A stretch of 62,231 nucleotides of DNA, filler included, from Vannella sp. (Eukaryota): the NCBI GenBank assembly GCA_023345925.1. It is 6 parts of 6 records of this genome, joined end to end, with 100 filler letters (N's around TTAATTAATTAA, not from the genome) between each part and the next. Parts side by side here need not be neighbours in the genome. Positions count along the whole stretch, not along the records: positions 29,390 to 41,632 come from JAJQQN010001131.1; positions 41,733 to 49,966 come from JAJQQN010001292.1; 4 more parts are not named here. The stretch is one strand, 5' to 3'. The notes under the pieces were generated by a model. It saw nothing but the letters and a program-made list of their open reading frames with translations. It searched no databases and had not been told where the DNA came from. Numbering within the stretch: the stretch's first letter is position 1; every line of letters starts with the position of its first letter. Made by a program: the position numbers and the translations under genes. Below, piece after piece: positions 29,390 through 42,537 of this stretch.

Positions 29390-32300
29390 GTGTACGAGTA
29401 CATGAGTCCAGGGAACGGGCCTGTACAGTCCAGCAGCATCTCACTTCCCAGCCTGTCCGACAAACGGAAGTCGCCCACAGCAGACACACCAGTAAGAAGA
29501 GGAATCGCCCTCTCGCATCGATCATTTGTGTCCACCACACGACTTACTAACAGGCTAAACGCTCCACGTGATTCTTTTGTCTGTCCAGATACAGTAATAA
29601 AGAGAGTTGTGTCCACCTCTGGCAGAGTCACCAGTCCCCGAATCCCGTGCTTGCATGGTCCAGGGAAAACGTCCAACAACAAAGGGCTGCAGCGGCGCTT
29701 ATCGCAGTAACCCAGAAATGCAGACACTTGTGTGTTAAACTCAGTGACAGGAGAGCAAGTGTTGATCTCAGTCAGGCCCCTTCCAACGTATTGGAAGAAC
29801 AGCACAGATCCGAATCCATCTGGGAGACACGGCTGATCTTTAATTGCTCCAAAGAACTGGCGGCTCGTATTCCCATTGATAGGGAGAGCGTGGTACAATT
29901 TTTCGAATCGAGAGCAAACATCATTGCTCTCTGGAACCGGAATCTCTTCAATGAATAGGGTCTCGAGTGGAAGATCCAGCGCTCTATTGGAAAACTTCGC
30001 GGTTGAAGGGAAAGGGTTCTCATGTATCGAAATCAAGAGGCGATCCAGACGAGTCAATCCAGACAACAGAATTTCGCCTTTCGTGATGGTTCCACGGCAA
30101 ATGTCGCCTCCTTCTTGGTCAAGAAATATCGCAGCCTGTAGAATGGTACTATTCAGTGTAATCCTCACTTGCTGATAGTCAAGCTGCGGGCTGTAAACAT
30201 AGATGTCTCGGAAGAATGGGTTTGAGGGATAACAGTCTGTTGGCAAAGAGTAGGTGTTCAAGCTCCGAAGCGGACCATAAACGTACTCTAAGTATCTGAG
30301 TTCTCCAGTCCGGATTGGGGTTGCAAGGTCGTCTCTCAATGTTTTTTGGTTCACCGTGAGAGCGAAAGGACTCAGAGTCGACTGCGAGCTCAAACTGACG
30401 CCGATGGTGATATTCTGTGCATTTAAGACGACAAAGTCGTTCTTGAGATAAGACACAGACTTGCAAGAGCAATCAAAATCAGCGAAAGTGATGATTAGCT
30501 CCTGTCCAGGCTGACGGAAAGACACTGTGATCTTGATCTCAGAGTCGTATGGGCCGATGTAGCGATATGTTTGGTAAAGAGGATAGCCTGCCTGTGAGCA
30601 AGGATAAGGCTGAGGAGACCCGCTAGCCATAGCTGGATCAATCAGAACAGGAACTCGATTGTACAATGGAATCGCATTGGTGCAATTGGTATTTACCGCC
30701 AACGGCGTGGTTGTCGCAGTGAGTTTGAACGGTCCAGCGGAATCCTCAAAGCCATACACAGCCAAGGTTAAAACGTCACCCACATTGTATTGCCCCGATC
30801 GGATTCGCAAGGTGGAACCAGTTCCGCATTCTGTTGAGTCATCATTCTCAACAACGCAGCTGAGAGCACCGCATTCTCCAGAGAATAGAACAAGGTAGGT
30901 GTCCATCTGTGTGGAGCCGCATGTGCTGAATGTAATAGAGGAGATATCCTTTGGAACAGCAAACGAGTAGAACACCACAGGAGACTGGTATGGATATCCG
31001 CATGGTGGTAGATCAGATCCTAGAGTGGGCGATCCAATAGTACTGCCATCTATTGTAACACCTGCGAACAGTAAACTTGCGTTCTGACAGACAGTTCCAT
31101 TTGCGGGTACCTTGAACGCTTCCTTGACGAGAATCTGGAAATTAGCATCTATTTGATTGCTTGCAACTACCAAGAGTAGTTTGGATACCTCGGTATCTGG
31201 ATAAAGGCGCAATAGATCGGAACAGTCCGTAAATCCTGATGCCAAGCAGACCAGATTACTGCATCCCGCAGAAGCGCTTTTGTAGACAAGCACAGAAACA
31301 TTTGCGCTTGTGTGAGTCCCACACGTGTCAACAGTGAAGCCAGCGGAGTCTTTGGTAACTGCGAGTTCGAAGAACTCGCCAAACCAACTTGGTCCGAAGT
31401 TTCCGCATGCTGGGAGGGATACAAGGCGTTCAGAAAACTGAGAATGCAAACTGCCTTCCATGATATTTCCCAAGGCCAATGTGTTGGGTGACAAACAAGA
31501 GGAGCCAAATGAGGTCTCTGAGACACGCAATGTAAACGGAGAGCTTGTGATGCTGCCTATTTCGTAGTGAGAATGAACTCCAATGATTAATTGAGTGCCC
31601 AACGGGAATGTGTTGTTAAGATAGAATCCCAATTTGCCCTGATTTCCACAGCCAGTCGATTCGGCCTCCAAACACTGCAACGCGCTGCATGATCCAGAGA
31701 ATAGACTTACTGCAACTCTTGATGAAGATCTATCGCAAGAGCTGATGTCAAGACGAGCTGCTGGATCAGTGATATTGAATCGGAAGAATTGGATCGGCCA
31801 ATAATAGAATTCATCTGGTATATCTCTTCCTCTCGGTGCGTAGTAAACGCATTGGCTAACGTTGACGTTTGGAAGAGTCCAAAGTTGGTTCAAGCCATTG
31901 GGAAAACCTTGAATAGATTCACCAGCTCTGATCAAAGTCGCATTCTGGCATGGGAAAGGGTCCTCCTGCACTCCTTCATAGTGACGAAAAGAGGTCAGCT
32001 CGTTGACTTGAAGCAAGAAGAGGCCCTCCTGTGCCTCTGCATGAATGAGAACATAGATGACTTCTGCCCTCTTGAATGGACTATAGAATTGGTAACTTTC
32101 GAGGACTTTTCCACCATTTGAGCATTTTACCGTGGAAGACATTTGGATCTCACTGAATTCATTGCAGTTTCCTCGAATGATTCTGACAGCGACTGCAGTT
32201 GGAGAGCCACAAGTTGTCACAGCGATGTCAACGAGTTCTTCCTGAACTTCGTAACTGAATACAACGTAACGCCTTCTGATGTTGCCATCAACCGAGAAGG

Positions 32301-34443
32301 GATCAAAGTGAAGATCATACTCAGAGGTGTTCCCGCTTGCAGGAATGCCATTAAGCAGCGACAGGGCATTTTGACAGTCAATTCCAGTCGGTAGTGGCTC
32401 CAGATTAGCAACCACAATCTCAGCCACACCTTGGTAAATCACAGCAATGTGAATTGTACTGAGAGGAGCCAGATTCTCCACAATTATCATGCAAGAAGAT
32501 GTTTGAGAGTAGCACAGAAGTGTTTGACACTCCCCAGTGTAAACTGAAATACGTGGATAGTATTGGGAATCAAACATGTCAGAAGTTGGGCATGCACTAA
32601 TCACAAAGGCATTACTAGTGTTACCAGAAGTGAACTTGAATAGGGTAGTCACCGCACTGGAGAGCGAGGTAGGAGACACAGAAGGACCAGTACCACAGGC
32701 TAAGAGAGAGAGAGAATCTGAGCGAGTAGCTTGAAAGTACCTTTTGTTTACTAGGACCTCCGGTACCGACAGACAGGCTAACATCAATGATTGCTCTTCC
32801 ACCACAAGCTCAAACCGATTAATTCTCGAGGAAATGCTATCCTCCTGGAAGACGTAAACAAGCAAAGGTGTCCCTGCAAATGAAGAGGTTATTGCAGCAT
32901 TAGAGCCTTCCCAACAGCCGAGTTCACTTGACACAGAAAGGGAATGATTCGTGCAATCCAACAGCGAGATTCCAACCTTGGGCTGACCAAGAGTGTTGTA
33001 GCAGACCGACGCAGAGATCTTGCTTGCAGAGTAGGTCGAATAATATTTGTACCAGAGGACCCTAGAACTCAAAAAGTTCGTTTGGACAAGTCGCAAGTCG
33101 CCCCCAATTAGCGTTGAAGGAGTGATTTCCATGCTGGTAGTGCATTTGTCATTCAGTGGAAAGATTTGGCTGATTTTCAGTGACATGAGGAAAGCGTTTG
33201 GAACGGGTGGAGAGTACATGGCGATGATGACGGTCGTCCCTGGACTTGCTGAGAGAACATCGAGATACTGACCTGGAGAATTGGATGGGCACCTCTTCGC
33301 ACGAGAGGGAAGGTAGCATTGTAAATTATCACAAGATCCTGTATAAAGGGAGATCTGGCCCCCAGTTGGGTACTCAGAGTCGTTCAAGAGATCATTTTGG
33401 CAGGAAGAGAATCGAGAGGGTCCTTGGATGGTGTACGTGAAAAAGTAAACGAATCCTTGAAAATCCGTGCATGGCAGAGATCGATTCACAGAAAAAGCTC
33501 CTGGTGAGAGACCTTCAACGTACAGAGAACCAAGTTGAGCTTCCAAAGGATTCTTGCACTCCAAATTGTCACTCAAAGGTAGTACCTCTGCGATAGACAA
33601 AGAAAAAGAGAACGGAAAGCTGGTGGAGCCTGTCAGAATGGCTACTAAAAGGTCATCACCGGCTGCAAAGGTATTCTGAGGATGTCGAGTGAGTATTCCA
33701 GGAGTGCTGCCGGTGTATACGTGTCGCGAGCAAGTCGGTTGAGTGCATCCATTCCGATAGATGACCACGGCTGCAGGATGCGATAGTTGATTGAACAACA
33801 TCAGAAGCTCCATATGATTCTCTAATGGTTGATAGCGGCTCAATGAGATGACTTGTTCCATCCCAGGGAAACAGTTGGGGAGACCGTAGTCGTTGATGGT
33901 GAATGATCTAGTGGCGACCTCAGTCAGAGGAAACCTCATCTCAGGGAGATAATCGCAAAGAGGAGCCTCTTTCACATCCAGGGTGAAGGAGAAGGGACCA
34001 CTACCATCTTCCTGAACGGAGATGAGAAGCTTTGATTGCTGAACATCAGGTTGCAAGGTGACAGACCGGTAATTGATGTTAGTGTTGCTGGAGCAGAACT
34101 GGAAGTGCCAGGGGCTAAAGCACTGCGACGTATTGCAAGCGGAACTGAACCCCAGAACATCAAGAGCTCCTTCCCCAACGTTGGTGCCATTACAGATGGA
34201 GACGATGGTCCAAACTGCTCTTCTAACAGGTGTGTACGAGAAGAACACTGCACGTTGGTTGCGAGTACTGAGAGAGTGACAGCTTTCGTAGCCCAAGGAT
34301 CCAAGAGTTTGCCCAACAGGAACACCAAGAGTCGTTCCACTCACCTTCCCAACCCCAATCACCGTCGCATTAGGTACACAGCTCTGCGAGAGAGCAGACG
34401 CCAAGAAGCCGAAGAGCAGAAGCACGCTCAAGCCAGCCACCAT
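29390..34443 (-). CDS. Giant secreted Cys-containing beta-repeat protein, paralogue A (3' truncated)
   Basis: Signal peptide MVAGLSVLLLFGFLASALS; repeated ~130-aa modules with NDxCxxA and STCG..DTYLVLFSGxC..L.C..ENDD; no introns in 5 kb; open to the contig edge. Confidence 0.85.
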
Positions 34444-34572
34444 CAAAAAGTGTATCCGTCAGGACGCTCAACGAAAAATGAAGACCTTTTCCTGCGATTT
34501 GATTGGTCGATCCAATTGACCTTCAAGGAAAAGTGAAGTCCGGAGAGTTTATTTTCTTGTAATGCCATAACG

Positions 34573-37500
34573 CTAAACGCCAGAGCCGGCTTTCATCTTC
34601 TGGCTGATGGTGGAGTTGAGTCGGTGAACATTCCAGCGAGCTCGCACCTCGATAACGACCACGGAAAGAGCGACGATTAGAATGGCTCCGGCAACCATTC
34701 CCAAGGACACCCACGCCAGAGTGTTGTCAAGACTGGAGGAACTGCACGGATTGTTGTTGGCGCTATTCTTACCGGAAGCGCCTGCCAGAAGCAAAGCAAA
34801 GTTGGTCAAATGGTCGGTCTCACCACAAAGCTGGTCATTCTGGTCCCTAAAGTGAAGACACTCATCCTCGCACTTCCATTTCTTCGTGGCCTCATCATAA
34901 AAGCTCAAACAAGCGTTCTTGTTCTTGACTGGTCGGTCCGGCCGATTGAGACAAATGATCAAAGGCGCGTCCAATTGGGTGATGAACTCTCCCACACTAT
35001 CCACAAGGTGGATATCAAGGATAGAGCCTCCCAGGTTCGAATTAGAGAAGTTCCGGGGCACGTTTGGTGAATAGGAAATGACCAAAGTGGTGTTGGGCTG
35101 ATTGCTCAAGTCCGATGGAATGGCCAGAGTGGCCACCACTTGACCGGAAGGAGTGGTCAGAGTGTAGATGAAAGGATCAATCTTAGTGATATTTTCTGGC
35201 CTCAAAATCACTTGGAAGAAATCACAAGCGGGGCACTCCAATGCCAGCTCAGCTAAAAGTGAGGTTGTCTCGGCGATAGGACTGGCCGCTGGCGATGGAA
35301 TCGGAGTAGTGGAAAGTGACTCCGTGCTGGATTTCGATACAAAGAGACTGGGGGCTGATGTGGGAGATCTTGAAGCTCCTACCGACAGAGATGGAGTTCC
35401 ACTGAATGATTTCGAGGGAGATGCTCCTATAGAAAGGGAAGGCGTCTCGCTCCGGGAGCCAGTAGCTGAATCTGAGTTGGAAGCAGAAGGAGAGGCTCCA
35501 AGAGAGAGTGAGGATGTTTCAGTTGGAGGAGGCGTTGTAGATATCGAGTTTGTAGTAGAGGGAGATGCTCCCACTGAAAGCGAAGATGTTTCAGATAAAG
35601 AGAGCGTTGCAGATATCGAGTTTGTTGAAGAGAAGGATGCTCCCTCTGAGAGTGAAGCTGTTGGTGTTGATGAGTCTGTGATGGAGATCGAACCAGTGGG
35701 CGATGACGATGCTACCCTAGACAGGGAAGGCGTTTCACTTTGAGATACTGTGACTGAGTCTGAATTGGTGGCTGACGGAGACGCTCCAAAGGAGAGGCTG
35801 GCTGTGACAGAAGCAGAGATAGATGGCGTCACTGAGGACGTGGCTGTAACAGTAGTTGTGACAGAGGGAGTGATTGAAATACTTGGACTCAACGATGGAG
35901 TTTTGCTACTGCTACCTGAAGGGAGCGATTGTAACAGCACAGAGAATTCACCTTCCCCAACATCGTAGCCCAGCACAACTAAAGTCAGCTCCGTATCGCT
36001 GTCAAAGGTGCCTGAATAGGTCAAATTAGATCCTCGGCGTGGAAGATTATCATCCTGCTCAATAACGCATGTTAAATTGCCACAATTTCCACTATACAAC
36101 CAAAGAACTGTATCAAAGGAAGGTGGAAATCCAGGAAGATCTGTTGTTACTATCACTTGGCCTTGCCGTTGTCCAGGAACTGTGAAATTGAAGAAGACAG
36201 CGGGAGAATTGTGGTTGAGCCCATCGCAAGACGGGAGCATTCTCGCGTTGGTAATGGATCCAGTAGTTCGCCCAGGAGTGACTTGGCCTTCGACTAAGGT
36301 CTGAGAGGTGCTGCATTGAGCGTTGGGAGCGGGAGGAGTTTTCTCTTGGACTCTGAGCTCCACACGACCCGCTTTTCCGCTCACACTTTTAGCGGCCACC
36401 ATGAACTCGGTTCCAACTGGGAATAGTTCTGGACTGTAAAGGATACTGCAGCCGTCGGAGAATTCGCTCAAGAAGCACTCCCACACTCCGCTCACACGGC
36501 GCCAAACCGTCATGTACGTATCCAAATCTGTGCCAAGCTCACAAGTACTGAAGATGATCTCAGAGGAGGCTATTTTGGTCTGATAGTATCCATATTCAGC
36601 TGGAAGCAGTGGGTTCATCTCTGCACATTCAGGAAGATCGATGAAAGGAAACCGGAATGGGTCGATGAAGAGAGGCAGTGGCTTGTTACTAGTCATCGGT
36701 CGAAGAAGAGGATCCCTTCCGGCAGGGTCAAGCTCTTCTGCAAAGAGAGAATACTGCTCAGAATACCCGTGGTCATTCGGAAATCCAAAGAATAAGTTTC
36801 CAGTACTTGGATTATCCTGAAGATCCACTCCAAAGCAATTCACAGCTTGCACAGCAATGTAAAGAGTTATGATGTTTGGGTCCAACTCGGGGCCAAAGAG
36901 GTGCACTTCAGCTTGCCGAAGGCAAGCGCTATTATCCGACGCCAAACAAACGAGCTGGCCGTTCAGTTTACCATAAACGGTCAAGACAGTTTGCCCACAA
37001 TGTCTGATGTTATCACAAGTACTGAAGAGAAGAGTACTGTTTAAATCCGTCCTTGTGAAGTGGAAGAGCTGCACTGGATCGAGAGGAAACTGGAGAGGGC
37101 AGAGAGGGAGTCCGGAATCCTTCAAGAATTTCTTTCCCGTTGTGGATCCTGTCAACCTCTCCATGTGTAGGATAGGGATTGATGATGGAATAGGGAGTGG
37201 CTTGGGCCCTCCTTCCATCTCGTAGTAATAGTCCGTCGGAACTTCTTGGATTAGAACTTGATACGGTGCAAAGGATGAAGTGTCGTTATATACAGCTGCG
37301 ACAATAAGCAGTTCTTGCCCACGATCTAACTTTCTAGTGGAACGTATCAACGTCTTATAATAGGTAAGGTACACCTGCTCGACGTCGAGACCACTTCCAT
37401 AAAACTGATTAGTTGAGTCAACCAAAACGAGCTGGCCGTTGGAGTCGAAAGTGTAGATCTTCATTGCCACATTGTCAGCTCCTGCTAAAGTTATCCGCAG

Positions 37501-40500
37501 CTCTGGGTACGCATTTTCCAACCGGTAACGGAAGAAGGTAGGTCTTGTATCAAATCTGACTCGCCCAAAACCCATTTCCAATGCAGTGTAGAACCGCTGG
37601 CTGAAGTTGGAAAAGATGCCCACTTGCCCATTGATCATAAGAGGTGCAGAATCTGCCTTCACTGAAAGCCCAGTGAAAGGACCCGCATGGACTTGAACAT
37701 CAACAACTCCTTGACCTTGAAGCACAATGAATATTTCCTTACCAGGGACAAGGCCGCTAACTTTTGCAAGGTTCGAGGAGCGAAGCTGATAGCAAGGATC
37801 AAAAGCACCACAGGTACCAGTGTAAATCGAGATAAGAACAGTATCAAAGGAGGTCCCAACTGCAGAAATAATCAATTCAGCCGTGCTATTCGCAATGTAA
37901 CTGAAGATTAATGCGGGATCTCCTCTTGAAGGTCGATTGAATCGTCCTGGACAAACTGTGATGTTGTTGGCCTCCAATGTCTCCGGAAACACTTGATTGG
38001 TACGGAAATTTCTTCTGTGAGTTTCTCCCAGTGAGAGCGGTTGAACAGTGTCGCACAAGTCAGAGGAAGTGACATCAGGAAATTCACTAATCTGGATTTC
38101 AAAAGTTGCTGTATCTTCCCTGTTTAAGCAGTTATAAACCGTTACCAAAAGCTCGGTCCCATTGGGGAAGGAGTGGTCGAAATAAGGGAGAGTGTTCACA
38201 GGTGGAGGCCCAGTCAAGTCCTCCTTCTGCTCTAATCGTAGATCCCTTCCTCCTAGTTGCTGGCATCCTACAGGGGATGCGACGCAAGTGGTATCGCACT
38301 CATTCCGAAGATGAATTCCGATGGGAAAGCTATTGATACTGCTGTAGCTGTTCGAAGAGACAACTGAAATGTAAAGAGTACTGTTGGTGATTGTCGTTGA
38401 GTAAGAATACATCAGAGCACGCTCGCTGATAGCACAATCTTTTAGCATCTCATCTCCTTTCAGCAGGGAAATCCGGAAGTCACCCACTTCCGCCTTGTCC
38501 TTTACAAGAGGTTTGGCCTTCTCGCATCGATCATTATAATCAACCACACGTGTAGCTGACAGAGTGAAAGCCCCACGATCCGAGATGTTGCGGCCGGAAA
38601 CCGTTATGAACAACTCCGTTTCGGTTTCAGGAAGAGTCACTAGCCCACGCATTCCAAATCTGCATGTTCCTGGATAAACTTCGAGAGAAAGAGGGAGACA
38701 CACTCTTGCACCGCAATTTCCTTGCTCAGAAAGGCGGAATGTAGACACTTGGGTGTCAAAGTCAGTGACAGGAGAGCAAGTTTTGATCTCTGTTAAGCCT
38801 CTTCCCATGAATCGGAAGAACAGTACGGATCCAAATCCGTCAAGGAGGCAGGGTTGGTCCTTGATTGCCCCGTAGAACTGGCGGCTAGTATTGCCATCTA
38901 CTGGTAAACTATTTTGCAGCAACTCTGCTCGTGCACAAATGTCGTTGGTCTCTGGAAAAGGTAACTCTTCAACAAATATAGAACTCTCAGAAATCTGGAG
39001 GTCCCTAAAACTCTCACTTAAGGTGAAGTGGATAAGAATGAGGAGTCTATCAAAACGGGTCAGTCCAGTCAACAAGGTCGAACCGCTAATCACAGTTCCA
39101 GCACATTCCGGCCCATCATCTCGATCGAAAAAGATGGAAGCAACTGCATTTGTCGCATTCAGAGTGATTCTCACTTGCTGGAAATCGAGATGTGGAGAAT
39201 AAGCGTACATGACATTATAGGAAGTTTTCCCCGGTAGACAGGTTAGCGGGAAGTTGTACGTGGACATTTCAGTACTATCAAACTTGGGAGTATCGACCAG
39301 TGACATCTCTTCCCCTGTGCGAATTGGTATGGCAAGCTCGCTGATGGTTGGTTGGTCCACGAAAATAGTATAATTACGAGCATAGTCGTTAACGTCAAAA
39401 GAAGTGACCGCAAGGATGAAATCCCTCGCACTTGGGATCCTAAAGATATCATCGGACTGTGAGAAAACTCGGTCGCCCAAGCAAAGATCTTCTCCTGTGC
39501 ACCCATCCTGCGCGTAAACACGAACGATCATTGGTTGATCGAAGGAGATTCGGACAGTAACTGCGGAGGAATAGGAGCCCTTGTACCGGAAAGTTTGATA
39601 AAATCGGCCATCAGATGAGGAAGTGCAACTGGTGAGTGGATTAGTCCCCCACGCTTCCAGAGGGTTAGAGGTCAAAGGCACTCGATTGAGAAGTAGTGTA
39701 GCGTTTCGACAGTCTGAATTAGCACCGAGAAGGGTTGTTGTTGTGGTCAACTGGAACGGTCCAGCTGTATTCTCAAATCCATAGACTGCCAATGTAAGGA
39801 CACTTCCGGGAGGGTAGCGAGACAACGTGAAGCTCAAGATAGAAGCAGTTCCGCATCCGGGTGAGTCGTCCTTTTCCGCCAGGCAGGTCCTACAGTCTCC
39901 ATCGAAAAGGGCCAAATATGTGTCTAGTTCAGTTGTCCCGCATGTGCTGAAACTAACTGATGCAACACCTACTGGAACCGTAAATTTGAAGAATGCAACG
40001 GGAGATTGGTACGGATATCCACAAGACGGAAGCTCAGAGGCTAATGTGGACAACCCGATAGTGTTTCCAAATGTAGTTGTTCCTGCAGACACCACGGCCC
40101 CAGAACTACACGTACTTTCTGTCTGAAAAGCCATTGGCTTAACAAGAATTTGGAAATCCACATCCACAAGCGTGTTTGCAATAGCCACTACAATCATAAG
40201 TTGGGAAGAAGAGGCTGATGTTACAATGTTCAAGGGTTCAGTGCAGTCCGTAAAGCCAGAAGCGAGGCAATTCAAGGCAAGACACCCCGTAGAAGAATCA
40301 AAAACGAAAATAGAAGCGTTAGCGCTGGTGTGGGGTCCGCAAGCATCAATTTGGTAGGACGAATTGGGGAGGATGGACACTTGATACACTTCTGCCAACC
40401 CATTTGGGTCGAAAGGGGCACAAGCCATTGGGAAGTTAGCAAGAACTATAGAGGATCCGTCTCGGATAGTGCCTTCACTCAATTCATTCACGGTTAATAG

Positions 40501-41632
40501 ATTTGGACTAGAGCAAGAAGAGCCGAAAGCAGGTCTCTCAGAAAGCCTTAAGGTGATTGGAGTTTGGCGAATAGGAGAAGTACTGGAATCTGACTGAACG
40601 CCAATGTAAAGAATCGTTCCCACCGGAAAGAGATTATTCAGTTCGAAAAGTAATCGCGCTTGATTACCGCAGTAGTCCGTATTGGCTCCTTCACATGACA
40701 GTGACCCACAAGACCCAGAGTACAGAGAAATAGAAGTAGCTGTAAGAGACCGGTCGCAGGTGCTGAGGATAAGTCGTGCAAGCGGGTTGGTGACGTTGTA
40801 GCTGAAGAATTGAATTGGAGAATTAGAGAATGTACCACTGAGGGGCCCGCAGGAGGAGACTGAGCTTCCTAACTTGTAAAGGAGGTTTGTTCCTTGAGGA
40901 AAGCTCTGTTTGGTCTGTCCTGCTTGAATCTCCGTCGCATTTTCACAGGGAAAGAGATCTTTCTCGACCCCTTCGTAAACATAATCCACCACAAATTCGC
41001 TCACTTGCAATAGGAAAGGCCCTTGCTGGCCAGAAGATGTTACAACGATGTATACATCGCTCCTTTGAGGGAACTGGACAACGTTGCGCGAAACGGTGCT
41101 CACGAAATCGAATCTGCTAACGCACGATGTTGACACCAAAGATGGGGTATTCAATCTAACCAGGTTAAAACACACTCCAGTGTAAAGCTGAATTGAGACC
41201 GGGGTCGGAGAGCCGCATGTGCTGACACGGAGTCCGCTAGCAAGGCCATTAATCCTGTAGCGATACACACCAAGCGGAGTGTAAATGGGAAAACCGGAAT
41301 AAAAAGTATAGATAAAGTTAGCAGTGTTACTACCCGTTGGAATTCCATCGACTAGAGAAAGTGCACTTCCACAGGAAGAGCCTGGCTGTGTTGGGGGGAA
41401 CTCTGCCACTGAAATCTCGGCGACGCCATCTGTAAAAACAGCGATGTAAATGGTTGTGGATGGAGCAAGCCCTTCGATCAATGACATGCAGGAAAACGTG
41501 TCCATCAGGCATGAGAATGTCTGCGTAGCACAATCTCCAATATAGATGGCAAGTCGAGGTGGCGAGTTGGTTACTGAGCTGGTCGCACAACCACTCACGA
41601 CGGTGCGGTTAGAAGTGGCGCCAGTAGTGAAT
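34573..41632 (-). CDS. Giant surface protein, paralogue B (5' truncated): repeat ectodomain, Ser/Thr stalk, GAIN/GPS-like domain, single TM
   Basis: Same modules as paralogue A; S/T-rich stalk; CLSFYDEATKKWKCEDEC...LCGETDHLTNFALLL; TM LAWVSLGMVAGAILIVALSVVVI; short basic tail. Confidence 0.85.
35360..35800 (-). repeat. 24-aa Ser/Thr-rich mucin-like repeat (SLSxGASPSxTNSxSxTxSxSETP), about 5 full and 2 short copies
   Basis: Read in the translation of 34573-41598. Confidence 0.8.
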
Positions 41633-41732
41633 NNNNNNNNNNNNNNNNNNNNNNNNNNNNNNNNNNNNNNNNNNNNTTAATTAATTAANNNNNNNNNNNN
41701 NNNNNNNNNNNNNNNNNNNNNNNNNNNNNNNN
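41633..41732. other. Artificial contig linker
   Basis: N44-TTAATTAATTAA-N44. Confidence 0.98.
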
Positions 41733-42417
41733 ATGGAGTGGGGCGGGGGAGAGAGATGGCCTACTGATGTAGTTCTTCTGAACATTCTCTAGTTGTCTTG
41801 GGTTGAAGCGACCTCGCACGACAAGACGTTTGTTACCGTCGAAAGTTCCCGTCGTTCCCAACTCAGAGAGAGCGTACGCCAACAGGTGATCTGGAGGTCG
41901 GTTCATACTAGCGTTGGGTGAGTATGAATGGGAATATCCAAGCGCACGCACTTCTTAGCAGTCTGCTGGAAGTTGTGCCAGACGGTCTTCTTTGTACTGC
42001 GCAACACCTCGGGGATAGTGAGGACGGTCTTGCTCTTCTTTGAGATCAGATTAGGGTTCCTCTCTTGGATCATCTCGAACACCCTAGCAAGGAGCTAATA
42101 GCGAGTGAGATGAGAAGAAGATCGGACAGCAAGGTTCCCCACCTCCTCATAGGTGTGATCCTCCTCCTCAGGCTTTTTGTTGGAGACAGGCTCGAAGACT
42201 TCATCCTCGTCATCGTCTCCATCATCCCCTTCTACTGTTTTGGGTACTTCCACATTCTCTTCAGGAGCCTCGTCGTCCTCAACAGCAACCTTCTTCTTGG
42301 TTGTTCGCTTCTTCTTACGCTTCGTAGCGTCGAATTTTGGAACAAAGGCCTGCTGCCAAGTCAGAACACTTCACCCATGAGCCACACGTGCAAGTCTCCT
42401 ACTTCTTCGTCCGCCAT
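41733..42417 (-). CDS. EIF2S2: Translation initiation factor eIF2 beta (3' truncated), multi-exon
   Basis: MADEE start, poly-Lys boxes, TYEE..LLARVF, KKTVWHNF, MNRPPDHLLAYALSELGTTGTFDGNKRLVVRGRF. Confidence 0.9.
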
Positions 42418-42537
42418 GGCAAATGAGAAGCCCTCTTCCAAGGTTCTTGCCACCAATCCCACAATTCCTTTCCTCGGCCCCTAATTGTTGCAGTTATTAT
42501 TTAATCCTCATTTTCGGGTTCCTGTTTGGTGCCTGGG

